A stretch of DNA of 64,000 bases, from positions 3,104,001 to 3,168,000 of the forward strand of contig CBDCWG010000012.1 of NCBI GenBank assembly GCA_965223345.1, written 5' to 3'. The DNA is from Nitrospinales bacterium (GTDB taxonomy: Bacteria > Nitrospinota > Nitrospinia > Nitrospinales > VA-1). Below, one piece after another: positions 1 to 10,434 of this stretch (the first letter of the stretch is position 1; every line of letters starts with the position of its first letter). A program made the position numbers and the translations under genes. Below the pieces are notes generated by a model. That model ran no database searches and was not told the DNA's origin. It saw only the letters and a list, made by a program, of their open reading frames with translations.

Positions 1-1
1 C

Positions 2-973
2 GGCAGCCTGGAAGAACTGACGCAGCAGTTATTCGTCCGGCTGCAGGAAAACCCCGGAGAAAGGATCGCTTTTTTCGGCAAAACCCATTCCACTCTGAAA
101 ACCATTGTCGATTTCGAACGCATGCTGGGGCCCGGCTTCCATCCGGTGTGCATCATCGACAACCACAAGCGCGGCGATTTTTCCAAATCGATCCCGGTGC
201 TCACGTTTGCCGAGGCGGAACGCATGGCGGACGGCATCGACCTGATCGTCGTGATGGTGGACAGCGCGTCGATCTACGCCATCCTGGCGCAGATCGCCGA
301 ATCGCGCCTGTTCGAAAAAAAGCTGTTGAGCGTGCACCGCGATTCCGACCCGCTGAGCGAAACCGAATTCCAGACGCTGTGCCGGGAAAGCCAGTCGTTT
401 CTCAGCCAACGCGGCGTCATCTGGTACACCAGCGAGGAAAACTGGTACTGCTGCTACCAGTACCTGAAGCAGGTGGCCACCCTGCCCGGGGATGTGGCGG
501 AGTTCGGGGTCTTCCGCGGAGGCAGCGCGTACTGGATCGCCACGGTGCTGAAGCATCTGCGTGCCGACAAGCGGTTGTTTTTGTTCGACACGTTTGCGGG
601 CATCCCGGTGCAGTCCGCCATCGACCACGTGGGTGAAAAATCCTTTGCGGACTCAGACCTTAAACGGGTGCGCGCCCTGTTTTCCGGGTTCGAAAACGTG
701 CGCATCGTGCCGGGAGACGTCTGCGACACCCTGGAAGCAAGCGGGCTGGGTGAGGTGTCGCTGGCCCACATCGACTGCGACCAGTACCACCCGACCCGCT
801 ATCTTTGCGAGCGGCTGTATGATAGGGTGATTCCAGGCGGGATCTTCCTGTTCCAGAACTATTCCCTGGGCGCTGCGTATGGCGAACGGGTCGCCGTGGA
901 TCTTTTTTTCCGCGACAAACCGGAAAACGTGCTTTTCGGATTCGACGGCGCGGCCTTCGTCGTCAAGCTGTGA
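2..973 (+). CDS. TylF/MycF-family O-methyltransferase (5' end probably outside window)
   Basis: Frame is open from base 2. Motifs PGDVAEFGVFRGGS, LFDTFAG and HIDCDQY are typical of TylF/MycF/NovP. Confidence 0.8.
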   Translation, partial: GSLEELTQQLFVRLQENPGERIAFFGKTHSTLKTIVDFERMLGPGFHPVCIIDNHKRGDFSKSIPVLTFAEAERMADGIDLIVVMVDSASIYAILAQIAESRLFEKKLLSVHRDSDPLSETEFQTLCRESQSFLSQRGVIWYTSEENWYCCYQYLKQVATLPGDVAEFGVFRGGSAYWIATVLKHLRADKRLFLFDTFAGIPVQSAIDHVGEKSFADSDLKRVRALFSGFENVRIVPGDVCDTLEASGLGEVSLAHIDCDQYHPTRYLCERLYDRVIPGGIFLFQNYSLGAAYGERVAVDLFFRDKPENVLFGFDGAAFVVKL

Positions 974-1315
974 CCCCACTCTTGCCATTCTCACCGTTTT
1001 TTCGTTCCCGCTTCAAAATTTGCTGATAAGAAATGCCCAGCTTCTCGACTCACTGAGGTAGAAGGTTGAAAGCAAATAACCATGCAGCAAATCACAGTTA
1101 TCTGTGACCCAATTCATGGCCCCGTGCGGAAACGGGGGGTATATTGAAACTCACAGCGGTTGCAAACAACCAACAGCGTGAACACACAAAGCGCTTTGTT
1201 TTTTCTGAAACTACTTGAACAAATTTGTACTAATTTGTTAAAATATCGCCGCTTGTTTAACAAATAACTGTTTTATTTCAAACGGATAAGCACAAATACT
1301 TAAGGGGTCCTGTAA

Positions 1316-1981
1316 ATGAAATCTCTGTTGATACTGGGAGCGGGCGGGCATGGCAGATCGGTGGCCGACATCGCGCATGTGCTGGAGCACTGGGACAAGA
1401 TCGCGTTCCTCGACGACCGCTATCCCGAATTGAAATCCACCGTCGCCTGGCCGGTGATCGGGCCTGTGCACCGCGCGGCGGAGTTTTTACCGCAGTTTTC
1501 CGATTTCTTTGTGGCCATCGGCGACAACCGGACGCGTGTGGAACTGCTGCAGCGCTATCTGAAACTGGGTTTCAACGCCCCAAACCTGATTCACCCGCAG
1601 GCGTTCGTGAGCGATTTTTCCTCGCTGGGGCCGGGCTGCTCCGTTTCCCCGCAGGGGGTGGTGAACATCAACTCCCGGCTCGGGATGGGCTGCATCGTCA
1701 ACACCGGCGCTTCCGTCGGTCACGATTGCACGCTGGGCAACGGGGTGCAGCTGGCTTCCAAGGTCACGCTGGCAGGCGGCGTCACGATCGACGACCTTTG
1801 CCTGCTGGGAGTGGGCGCGTCCGTCATCCCCGAGATTTTCATCGGCGAGAACGTCACCATCGGAGCGGGGGCCACGGTCATCAAGAACATCGCCAGCAAC
1901 CGCACGGTCGTCGGCGTCCCCGGCAAAACCCGGGAAGCCTCCATCAAAACCCTGCGCGTCCATCAGACCGAACCGCTGTAG
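1316..1981 (+). CDS. NeuD/PglD/PerB-family sugar acetyltransferase (left-handed beta-helix)
   Basis: N-terminal GAGGHGR and FLDD, AIGDN..R, hexapeptide repeats, C-terminal VGVPG. Confidence 0.9.
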   Translation: MKSLLILGAGGHGRSVADIAHVLEHWDKIAFLDDRYPELKSTVAWPVIGPVHRAAEFLPQFSDFFVAIGDNRTRVELLQRYLKLGFNAPNLIHPQAFVSDFSSLGPGCSVSPQGVVNINSRLGMGCIVNTGASVGHDCTLGNGVQLASKVTLAGGVTIDDLCLLGVGASVIPEIFIGENVTIGAGATVIKNIASNRTVVGVPGKTREASIKTLRVHQTEPL

Positions 1982-2213
1982 CCCCCCGCCGCAAGCCCGC
2001 ACCCGTTTCTTTTCTTCCCATCGATTGCAACGAAAACCCTGATTTTCCGCAGGTTGTTTCCGCCTGCGGACCGGCGTCGCAAATTTCCCCTCAACTGATT
2101 GACTTTATTTGACTTATCGGCGAACCTGCCAGTATGGGCATCATGTCAACCCGGCACGCGTTTGCCTTAAAGGTGGCCGGGCCCCGTCAATCCAGGATCC
2201 TTGAGGAGGAAAT

Positions 2214-2726
2214 ATGAAACGCCTGATTTATTTCGTGGCCTTTCTTTTTATTCCGGGGCTTTTCGGATGCGTCACGGGCCATCCCCAGACCGCGGATGAA
2301 TTTCGCAAAGCGGTGCCCGACGCATTCATGGCCAAGAAAGAATCGTTCGAGGTGGACCGCCCCTTCGATGAGGTGGCGGGCACGTTTGAAAAGATGGCGC
2401 CGCAGTGCCTGAACGTGACGGTGAAAACCACGTCGCAAACGCGCACGAGCTACCAGGTGATCGTGACGCGCTACAAGCCCACCGTGCTGGTGAGCGCCGA
2501 CAAGGCCGAGCTGCACGTGCAGCAGGAGCATGTTCAGGGCGTGATGAATGTGACCGCCGTGCCGGAGGGCGGCTACTATCTGATGGTCGCCGACGCCTAC
2601 CCCATCGACGCCAACAGGACCGGGATCGATCTGTACCGGCCGAAGATGGGACACGACGTTCTGGTGCGGGCCACCAAGGGCTGGGCCACCGGAAAGAACG
2701 TCGGCTGCCCGGATTTCACGCAATGA
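2214..2726 (+). CDS. hypothetical lipoprotein
   Basis: SD GAGGAGG; signal peptide with lipobox-like LFGC. Confidence 0.75.
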   Translation: MKRLIYFVAFLFIPGLFGCVTGHPQTADEFRKAVPDAFMAKKESFEVDRPFDEVAGTFEKMAPQCLNVTVKTTSQTRTSYQVIVTRYKPTVLVSADKAELHVQQEHVQGVMNVTAVPEGGYYLMVADAYPIDANRTGIDLYRPKMGHDVLVRATKGWATGKNVGCPDFTQ

Positions 2727-3250
2727 GCGGCGGGGCACGAACGACGAAACCCGAATCCAGAGGCCGCCGGTCCCTCCTGCTGGCCGGGCTGGCGGCTCTG
2801 GGCCTGCTTTCTGGATGCTCCGGCATCAAAACCTACTCGAGCTCGCTGGACAAGAACCTGCAGATCACGACCGAAACGGATTCGGGTTCGTTCTTTTCCA
2901 GCGTGCGCACAGCGGTGGACATCTACCGGGTGGGGACGAACTGTGAGGCCGTGTACGAAGGCACGGTGCAGCTCGACAAGCCCAGCGTGGAGATCGGGCT
3001 GCCGGCGCACCGGTTGAGCTATCTGGAGTTTGTGTTCGCCAATTCCTCTTTCCTGTCCAACACGCATGGAAAAATCACGCACAACAACCTGATCAACCCG
3101 CGCCCCGGCTACGATTACCGCGTGCGGGTGCGTTATGAGGATGCGATCTACAACGTGGAAATCGAGGAAGTGTTTCCGGGACAGACGGCGAGCCGCGAGC
3201 TGGGGCCGCAGAAAATGGGCGGCTGCAACGCGCTCACGGTTAAAAAATAG
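2723..3250 (+). CDS. hypothetical lipoprotein (start at ATGA overlap, inside the listed 281-aa ORF)
   Basis: ATG at 2723 overlaps the upstream TGA; RR-hydrophobic-LSGC lipobox. Confidence 0.7.
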   Translation: MSGGARTTKPESRGRRSLLLAGLAALGLLSGCSGIKTYSSSLDKNLQITTETDSGSFFSSVRTAVDIYRVGTNCEAVYEGTVQLDKPSVEIGLPAHRLSYLEFVFANSSFLSNTHGKITHNNLINPRPGYDYRVRVRYEDAIYNVEIEEVFPGQTASRELGPQKMGGCNALTVKK

Positions 3251-3528
3251 CGCACGGTAGCGGCTTTCAGGCCCGTGTTGCAACATTCTTAAAAGCCATG
3301 CGGGATCCGGGTCGGTTGCAGGACGCCGGGAAATGCCGGCCTCCATGCCCCGCTCCCCCCGAAAACACTGGGAATCTCCATCCCTGACCGGGATTCACCG
3401 CGAAAAAAACCCTCCGTGTCATTGACCGACCCCACAACAGAGTAATAACTCTTCGACATACAATGACTTACCTATTTTATATACTATAACTGTAAATATA
3501 ATTTATAAATCTGATCCGTGGTTTTAAA

Positions 3529-4251
3529 TTGAAGCCCAGCATTTGTTTATCCGGTGTCCTGACCGCTTCTTTGGTCTTCATTGTTATTGCCTCCGTTTCT
3601 GCGGACGATGGGAAGAGCCCCCGTAAAGCCACTGGATTTTTGGACTTCAACTATTATTACGACACCCGGGATTTCAACGTCCTCACCATCAACGCGCTCG
3701 CAAATATCACGAATCGGGTTCAATACTTTTCTCTGACCAACTACACAAACTCTATCGGGACGACAAACAATCTCGACAAGAATGCGTTCTACAGCGAGCA
3801 AAACATCCGGTGGCTGGCTGTCAGAGAAAAAATACCCACCGACCTCACCCTGCAATGGGTGATTCGCAATCCGGATGAGAACGATCTGTTACGATTCGGG
3901 TTTCGCGTGCGTGTTTCGGCCATCGAGGGGATAAAAAATATTTTCAAAGCTCTCAATACGTTCTATTCGGTGAATTTTCATCTTCTGCAAATCGATCATG
4001 TGGATGGGTTTGACTGGCAGATCGAACATATTTATAAAATCTTCCCGGATATTTTAGGAAAGCGTCTTTACCTGAGTGGATTTGTGGATCACAACATCAA
4101 CTCGGGAAAAAGCACGGTTGTGACCGAGCATCAATTGGGATTTCGAGTGATCGATCAGTTTTATCTGGTTTCTGAATACAGATACAAAGGTTCTCTGAAC
4201 AAGGAAAAGTCCGGGGTCGGATTGGGAGTGGAGTACAAGATCCTATTTTAG
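3529..4251 (+). CDS. putative outer-membrane beta-barrel protein
   Basis: Signal peptide ending VSA-DD, amphipathic aromatic-rich strands, C-terminal YKILF; AT-rich. Confidence 0.6.
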   Translation: MKPSICLSGVLTASLVFIVIASVSADDGKSPRKATGFLDFNYYYDTRDFNVLTINALANITNRVQYFSLTNYTNSIGTTNNLDKNAFYSEQNIRWLAVREKIPTDLTLQWVIRNPDENDLLRFGFRVRVSAIEGIKNIFKALNTFYSVNFHLLQIDHVDGFDWQIEHIYKIFPDILGKRLYLSGFVDHNINSGKSTVVTEHQLGFRVIDQFYLVSEYRYKGSLNKEKSGVGLGVEYKILF

Positions 4252-4266
4252 ACAGGGAGACATGCC

Positions 4267-6108
4267 ATGCCCGCACGTGAAGTATTGACACGTGAAATAA
4301 ATCAAAAGAAGCGATTCGTTGGAATTTTTCACAATCGTCTGACCGCCTGGATCATTCTCACGATTTCACTTTTTTTGACTGCGACGGCATACTTTGTGTC
4401 CAAATCCATCGTCGATCACCGGCGCTCAGAACAATTTTCATTTCGCGCCTATGAAATCGAACAGGCGATTGAAGATCGCATGAGAACTTACGAACAAGTT
4501 CTTATAGGGGGAGTGGGGTTGTTTCACAGCTCCAAAGAGGCCATTGTACCCAGAGACGTTTTTGCAAAGTATGTCGCCAATCTGAATATCAATAAAAACT
4601 GGCCGGGAATTCAGGGAATCGGTTTCAGCATCCCTGTAAAAGCAAAAGACCTGGAAGCGCACGAAAAAAGCATTCGGGAGGAAGGTTTTCCGGATTTCCA
4701 GGTCCGCCCGGTTGGGAAAAGGGATGCATACACATCTATCATTTATTTAGAGCCCTTCGACTGGCGCAACAAACGGGCGCACGGATACGATATGAGGTCC
4801 AACGACATGCGAAGGGCTGCCATGACCCGGGCACGGGACGAGGGGGTCGCAGCAACCTCGGGAATCATCACGCTGGTTCAGGAGACCGCGGAAGATGTTC
4901 AGAAGGGTTTTCTCACCTATCTGCCTGTATACAAAACAGGAGACATTCCGAACAATGTGGAAGACCGGCGAAAAAACTTTGTCGGCTGGGTATACGCACC
5001 CTTTCGCGCGGGCGATTTGATGAAAGGCATTATCGGCTCCGAGGATAAGAAAATAAATTTCCGGATTTTCGACGGAACGGAACAAAACCCGGAATCCATC
5101 CTGTATTCATCCAAAGGGCGCGAGAAATGGCAGGAGCAAGGGTTCTCCAAAACGTCGCGGATCATGCTGCAAGGACGGCCCTGGACGATTCAATTCAGCA
5201 TACCGGATGACGCGTATACCGGGAAAGGCGAAAACCTGCCTCAATTCATTGCGGTTTTCGGAGTGATCATTGACCTGCTTCTCTTTTATGTCATTTTTGC
5301 GCTTCATTTTATCAATAAGCATGCGGAAAAAATTGTGGCCCAGAGGACGGAACAGCTCCAGAAAAAGGCAAAAGAACTGCAAATTAAAAATGATGAATTG
5401 GAAGAATTCACTTACAGGACCTCGCACGATTTGAAGGCCCCTCTGGTCAACATCCATTGCCTGAGCGAAATCATGAAAGAGGATCTTATGGATAAAGACT
5501 TCGACGAGGTCTCCACCAATCTGGACAAGGTCGGCAAATTAACCCAAAAACTGGAACATCTGGTGAGCAACATCGTGGAAATCGCCAAAATAGACGGTGT
5601 GGATGAGAAGGTTGAAGAAGTCAACATTGCAAAAGAAGTGGAGTCCATTAAAGAAAACTTGAACACCCTGATCGATGACAATAACGTCGAAGTACGCGTG
5701 GACGTTGACGATGGGAAATCCGTGTTGACACAAAGAAACCTGATCCGTCGTGTGCTGGAAAACCTCATCTCCAATGCCGTCAAGTATTCCGACCCGGAAA
5801 AAGAGCACAAGTTTGTATTGATCGCCGTATCCGAGTCGGGAGGCCGCACTCGCATCCAGGTCGCGGACAACGGTTTGGGAATCCCCGAAGGCAATCTCAA
5901 CGATGTATTCCGCATGTTCAAACGATTCCACAAATCGTCTTCATTCGGAAGCGGGTTGGGGTTGTATCTGGTGAAAAAGAACTTGGATAAAATCAATGCA
6001 AAAATTGCCGTCGAGAGCAGCCCCGAAGGAACTGTATTCACCATTATTTTGCCGAACCAGCAACCCGCATCCCGGGGTGTTGAGCAAGCCAACTCCCTCA
6101 GCCCCTAG
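4267..6108 (+). CDS. CHASE-domain sensor histidine kinase
   Basis: TM-CHASE (YLEP..RN.RA.GYD, ARD.G....SG...LVQ)-TM; HisKA SHDLKAP; HATPase NAVKY, DNGLG, GSGLGL. Confidence 0.92.
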   Translation: MPAREVLTREINQKKRFVGIFHNRLTAWIILTISLFLTATAYFVSKSIVDHRRSEQFSFRAYEIEQAIEDRMRTYEQVLIGGVGLFHSSKEAIVPRDVFAKYVANLNINKNWPGIQGIGFSIPVKAKDLEAHEKSIREEGFPDFQVRPVGKRDAYTSIIYLEPFDWRNKRAHGYDMRSNDMRRAAMTRARDEGVAATSGIITLVQETAEDVQKGFLTYLPVYKTGDIPNNVEDRRKNFVGWVYAPFRAGDLMKGIIGSEDKKINFRIFDGTEQNPESILYSSKGREKWQEQGFSKTSRIMLQGRPWTIQFSIPDDAYTGKGENLPQFIAVFGVIIDLLLFYVIFALHFINKHAEKIVAQRTEQLQKKAKELQIKNDELEEFTYRTSHDLKAPLVNIHCLSEIMKEDLMDKDFDEVSTNLDKVGKLTQKLEHLVSNIVEIAKIDGVDEKVEEVNIAKEVESIKENLNTLIDDNNVEVRVDVDDGKSVLTQRNLIRRVLENLISNAVKYSDPEKEHKFVLIAVSESGGRTRIQVADNGLGIPEGNLNDVFRMFKRFHKSSSFGSGLGLYLVKKNLDKINAKIAVESSPEGTVFTIILPNQQPASRGVEQANSLSP

Positions 6109-6133
6109 TTCGCCCCTCTTTGCGAGCCGGGCC

Positions 6134-7330
6134 TCACTGCGCGGGCAGCAGACACGGCGTGGTGGGGTTTCCTGCGAAATCCAGCCAGCGGTGGTTTTTG
6201 AAGTCGTAGAGCTGACAGGTTTTTGCGATCTCGCAGTATTTTCCCCACGTCCACTTGAGCACCACCACGTCCCCCGGCAGTCTGGCCTCGATCCGATCCT
6301 GCACCCGCTTCAGCCGGTATAACGGGATTTTCTCGCGCATCAGGTGATGGGCGGAATGCTCCATGATGAACAGCACGATCGTGTTCATCGGGCCGGGAAA
6401 GATCACGTGCGTGGAGCAGTGCACCTGGGCTTTCGTGAAACTCCACTCCTCTTCGTTTTCAAACCAGGGAATCTCGGGATGCGTGTGGTGCAGGTACGTC
6501 ACGAACGCCATCAGGACATTCCAGAAAAGAAACGGAATGCAAAAGGTAAAGACAAACACTTCCCAGCCTGTGACTCCCTCATAAATATCGGGAAGGGTCA
6601 GCGGAAGAATAACCGCCCAGACCAGGAAAAACGCCCAGACGAGCAGGCAGTCCGCCCAGTACACAGCGGCATTTCTGATTTTCCGGGAAGCGTAGCGGTG
6701 AAACATCTCGTTGTAGGGAGGCGGCACGAACATCTTGGGCCACCAGCCCCGGATCAGATGGCAGAACAGGATGCCGGCCGGGCTCCTGAAAAACCGCTCC
6801 GCCCATTGTTTACGGGAAGGCAGGGCGTCGTATTCCTCCTTGCTCATGGGGACGCCGAACGGATCTTTGTGCTTCAGCATCGCATAAACGTGGTGGTTCG
6901 CGTTGTGGCCGTACTCCCACAACGAGCAGGCGTGCAGGGAGGGCAGCAATGCGAGCCGTGCGATGATGTGATTGACGGCCCGGCCGGGTGTCAGGCTGTT
7001 GTGGCAGGCGTCGTGGCCGATGACGAACAGTTGGGCGATGTTGAACCCCATCAACAGAGCGAACAGGAAGCGGACGAGGTACGACTCGAAATAAACCGTC
7101 CCCAGTGCGCTGCCGGCGTATAACAGCGAAATCAGGAAAAAAATCCCGATTCCCAGAAAGTACGATTTCCGGCCCGCAGATCCGACCTCGCCCGGTTCGC
7201 TCAACGCGGTGAGCCCCAGTCGATGTTCAGCGGCTTTCTGTGTCACGGCATCGATCCGATCACAGTGAATGAGAATGGCTGCATTCGATTGCGTTCCTCT
7301 CCCCTTTTCGCCTGCCCCGTGTGGGCGCAC
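6134..7330 (-). CDS. membrane fatty-acid desaturase (start uncertain)
   Basis: Three His boxes HDACH, HNANHH, HSAHH, plus TYLHHTH and TM segments. Confidence 0.9.
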   Translation of the reverse strand: MRPHGAGEKGRGTQSNAAILIHCDRIDAVTQKAAEHRLGLTALSEPGEVGSAGRKSYFLGIGIFFLISLLYAGSALGTVYFESYLVRFLFALLMGFNIAQLFVIGHDACHNSLTPGRAVNHIIARLALLPSLHACSLWEYGHNANHHVYAMLKHKDPFGVPMSKEEYDALPSRKQWAERFFRSPAGILFCHLIRGWWPKMFVPPPYNEMFHRYASRKIRNAAVYWADCLLVWAFFLVWAVILPLTLPDIYEGVTGWEVFVFTFCIPFLFWNVLMAFVTYLHHTHPEIPWFENEEEWSFTKAQVHCSTHVIFPGPMNTIVLFIMEHSAHHLMREKIPLYRLKRVQDRIEARLPGDVVVLKWTWGKYCEIAKTCQLYDFKNHRWLDFAGNPTTPCLLPAQ

Positions 7331-7724
7331 AACGGATTTCTTCCGGGCGGGGGCCCTCGCCTGCCCTCACCGGCTTTCGCCAGGCCCCCTGAAATTCAAA
7401 CGATTATGAGAACCCGCTGCGCAAACCGGCGATTCCCGGCCCGGCTGTAGCTCATCCCTTAAAATATCTGTAAATGCGCCACTTACTGCCTGTTCAGGAA
7501 TCACGGCATTCGGCCGCTACATTGTTCGACGGGCAAATTTTGCGCGTATTTTCAGGTTTTTTCAATTTATCCGCATGCTTATGTTACAATATTTTATGTA
7601 AATTATTGAAACTTTTACTATTATTTCTATCCATCGATCTTTCACCCAATCGCGGTATTGGCACGGGGATACGGTTTTTCCGGCCGGTTATCGAGAGCCG
7701 CTCACAGCGGCGGGAACTGCGCAC

Positions 7725-9779
7725 ATGAAGCCCAAAAAGCAAGGCCTGCAGGGAAAACGCGTCCAACTGATCTCCGTTGCGTGGATGCTCGTGCTTGCGC
7801 TCGCAGGCGTCGCTGCCGCCCAGGACGACGGCGAGCCGCATGCCAGGGACCTGGCGAAGTTGAGCCTGGAAGAGTTGATGGACATCAAGGTGACATCCGT
7901 TTCCAAAAAGGAAGAGAATCGCTTCCAGGCGGCAGCGGCGATCCACGTGATCACTCAGGAAGACATCCGCCGTTCCGGTGCGACGACCCTTCCCGATCTG
8001 CTGCGACAGGTTCCCGGAATGCAGGTGGCTCAATTCGACGCCAACACCTGGGCGGTCTCCGCCCGCGGTTTCAATTTTCGCTTTGCCAGCAAGCTGCTGG
8101 TGCTGATCGACGGCCGCTCCATCTATTCGACCATGTTCTCGGGCGTCAACTGGGACGGTCACGATCTGCCCTTTGAAGACATCGAGCGGATCGAAGTGAT
8201 CCGCGGACCGGGCGGAACACTGTGGGGCGCCAACGCCGTCAACGGCGTGATCAACATCATCACCAAGCACACCAAAGACACGCAGGGCGGTTTCGTGAGC
8301 GGCGGCGCCGGCAATGAGGAAAAAGGCTTCACCACCTTCCGCTACGGCGGGAAAGTCGATCCGGAGGCCAAAGCCAATTACCGTGTGTATGGAAAATATT
8401 TCGACCGCGACGATCAGGTCAAGAATACCGGTGCGCCGGGCAACGACGACTTCCATGCCTACCGGGGCGGGTTCCGCGTTGACTGGCAGGCCACGGAAAA
8501 CAACAGCCTGACCTTCACCGGCGACTATTACCAGGGGGAATCAGACGCGGACCTGGAAAATCAGGTGATCGGCCTCACGGCTCCCTTCGTGGCCAGTTTC
8601 AACACCACCATCGAACTGGACGGCGCGCATTTTCTGGCCAAGTGGAAACGCCAGCTTTCGCCGACGTCGGATTTTGCCCTCAAGGTGTATTACAACCGGG
8701 AGAGGCGCCGCAGCCTGTTCATTCCGAAAATCCTGGAAGACACCTTCGACGTCGATTTCCAGCACCACGTCAAGCTGAACGATCGGCACGACCTCATCTG
8801 GGGCGTGGGACAGCGGTTGATCTTCGATTCGCTGGAAAGCAATTTCGCCACTTCGTTCAGCCCGGCGAGCCGGCTGAACCACCGGTTCAGTTTTTTCATT
8901 CAGGATGAGATCACGCTCGTTCCCGACAAATTCCGTTTGACGGTCGGTTCGAAATTCGAGGAAAACAACTACACCGGATTCGAGATCCAGCCCAGCGCCC
9001 GGGTCTTATGGACACCGAACAAGAAGCATTCGGTCTGGGCGGCGGTGTCGCGGGCGGTGAGAACGCCCTCCCGCTCCGAGGATTCCATCCGCATCAACGC
9101 GGCGGTTCAGGCGGGCCCGACCCTGCTCTCCACGTTTGGCAGCAAGAGCTTCGATTCCGAAGACCTGCTTGCGGTGGAGCTGGGCTACCGGGTTCAGCCC
9201 CGCAACGATCTGTTTGTGGACGTCGCCACATTCGCGCATTTTTACGACAGCCTGTTCACGCTGGAACAGGGCGCCACATTTGTGGAAACGACACCGGCTC
9301 CGGCGCACGGGGTCGTGCCTTTCACGGCGGAAAACCGGGGCTCCGGAAGCATCTATGGACTGGAACTGTTCACCCAATGGAACGTCCGCGACTGGTGGCA
9401 ATTGAAAAGCGGGGTCACCTGGTTTTCATTCGATTTCGATCTGGACTCCGGCAGCACCGACACGCTGCTGACCGGTTCCGAAAGCGACAACCCCGACATC
9501 CAGTTTCAGTTGTTCTCCCGCATCGACCTTCCCCACGACGTAGAATTCGACACCGCCCTGTATTACGTAGACGACCTGGAAAACCTGAATGTTCCCGATT
9601 ACACCCGGCTGGATCTCAGACTGGGATGGCACCCCACCGACTCCATCGAGCTCAGCCTCGTGGGTCAGAATCTGCTCGATCCGGAACATCCCGAATTCGG
9701 CACCACGGTGCTCGCCGCAGGCGTTGCGACCCAGGTTCAGCGTTCGGTTTACGGCAAAGTCACCTGGCGGTTTGACTGA
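7725..9779 (+). CDS. TonB-dependent receptor
   Basis: Signal peptide; plug motifs LSLEELM, LLVLIDGR, IERIEVIRGP..LWGANAVNGVINIITK; C-terminal TWRF. Confidence 0.95.
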   Translation: MKPKKQGLQGKRVQLISVAWMLVLALAGVAAAQDDGEPHARDLAKLSLEELMDIKVTSVSKKEENRFQAAAAIHVITQEDIRRSGATTLPDLLRQVPGMQVAQFDANTWAVSARGFNFRFASKLLVLIDGRSIYSTMFSGVNWDGHDLPFEDIERIEVIRGPGGTLWGANAVNGVINIITKHTKDTQGGFVSGGAGNEEKGFTTFRYGGKVDPEAKANYRVYGKYFDRDDQVKNTGAPGNDDFHAYRGGFRVDWQATENNSLTFTGDYYQGESDADLENQVIGLTAPFVASFNTTIELDGAHFLAKWKRQLSPTSDFALKVYYNRERRRSLFIPKILEDTFDVDFQHHVKLNDRHDLIWGVGQRLIFDSLESNFATSFSPASRLNHRFSFFIQDEITLVPDKFRLTVGSKFEENNYTGFEIQPSARVLWTPNKKHSVWAAVSRAVRTPSRSEDSIRINAAVQAGPTLLSTFGSKSFDSEDLLAVELGYRVQPRNDLFVDVATFAHFYDSLFTLEQGATFVETTPAPAHGVVPFTAENRGSGSIYGLELFTQWNVRDWWQLKSGVTWFSFDFDLDSGSTDTLLTGSESDNPDIQFQLFSRIDLPHDVEFDTALYYVDDLENLNVPDYTRLDLRLGWHPTDSIELSLVGQNLLDPEHPEFGTTVLAAGVATQVQRSVYGKVTWRFD

Positions 9780-9872
9780 ATTAGCCTGAGAAAAGGCGTT
9801 CGCCTTTTCTCGTTGCTGGCTTAAAGAAATCGATCAAAAAAAATCACATGCGAAAATGCGGAGCGCATTTTG

Positions 9873-10433
9873 ATGGATAGGTACGTCAAAATATTTATCA
9901 TTGTGCCGGCCCTGCTGTGGGGTCTTGCGCTATCGCTCGCCGTTTCCCAGGCCGCCGCGCCGCTCGAATACCAGGTGAAGGCGGCCTTCGTCTACAAGTT
10001 CACCAAGTTCGTCGAATGGCCTGCGGACCGGCTCAACTCGCGCGACGAGCCGATCGTCATCGGCGTTCTCGGGGAAAGCCCGATCACCGAGGCGCTCCAG
10101 TCTTTGACGCAGGAGCAGACCGAGGGCCAGCGGCTTGAGGTCCGGCATGTGATCGACCCTGGCTCGATCTCCGGCCTGCACATCCTGTTCATCAGCCCCA
10201 CGGACGTCTCCCAGCTGCTACAGGTTCTCGATTCCGCCAACGGCTCCCACGTTTTGACCGTCAGCGAAAACGACGGTTACGCTTCGATGGGGGTGATGGT
10301 GAATTTTTATATCGACCGGGAAAAAATCCGGCTGGAAATCAACAACGAGGCCGCCAAGGAAGCGGGATTGAAAATCAGCTCGAAATTGTTGCGACTGGCA
10401 AAAATCGTTCGCAGTCAAAACAAAGGGAAGTGA
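9873..10433 (+). CDS. YfiR-family periplasmic protein
   Basis: Signal peptide, EYQVKAAFVYKFTKFVEWP, C-terminal GLKISSKLLRLA. Confidence 0.9.
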   Translation: MDRYVKIFIIVPALLWGLALSLAVSQAAAPLEYQVKAAFVYKFTKFVEWPADRLNSRDEPIVIGVLGESPITEALQSLTQEQTEGQRLEVRHVIDPGSISGLHILFISPTDVSQLLQVLDSANGSHVLTVSENDGYASMGVMVNFYIDREKIRLEINNEAAKEAGLKISSKLLRLAKIVRSQNKGK

Positions 10434-10434
10434 G

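Noticed and set aside
2405..2722. N-terminal extension of the listed 281-aa ORF
   Set aside because: Overlaps the upstream lipoprotein; the signal peptide begins at ATG 2723.
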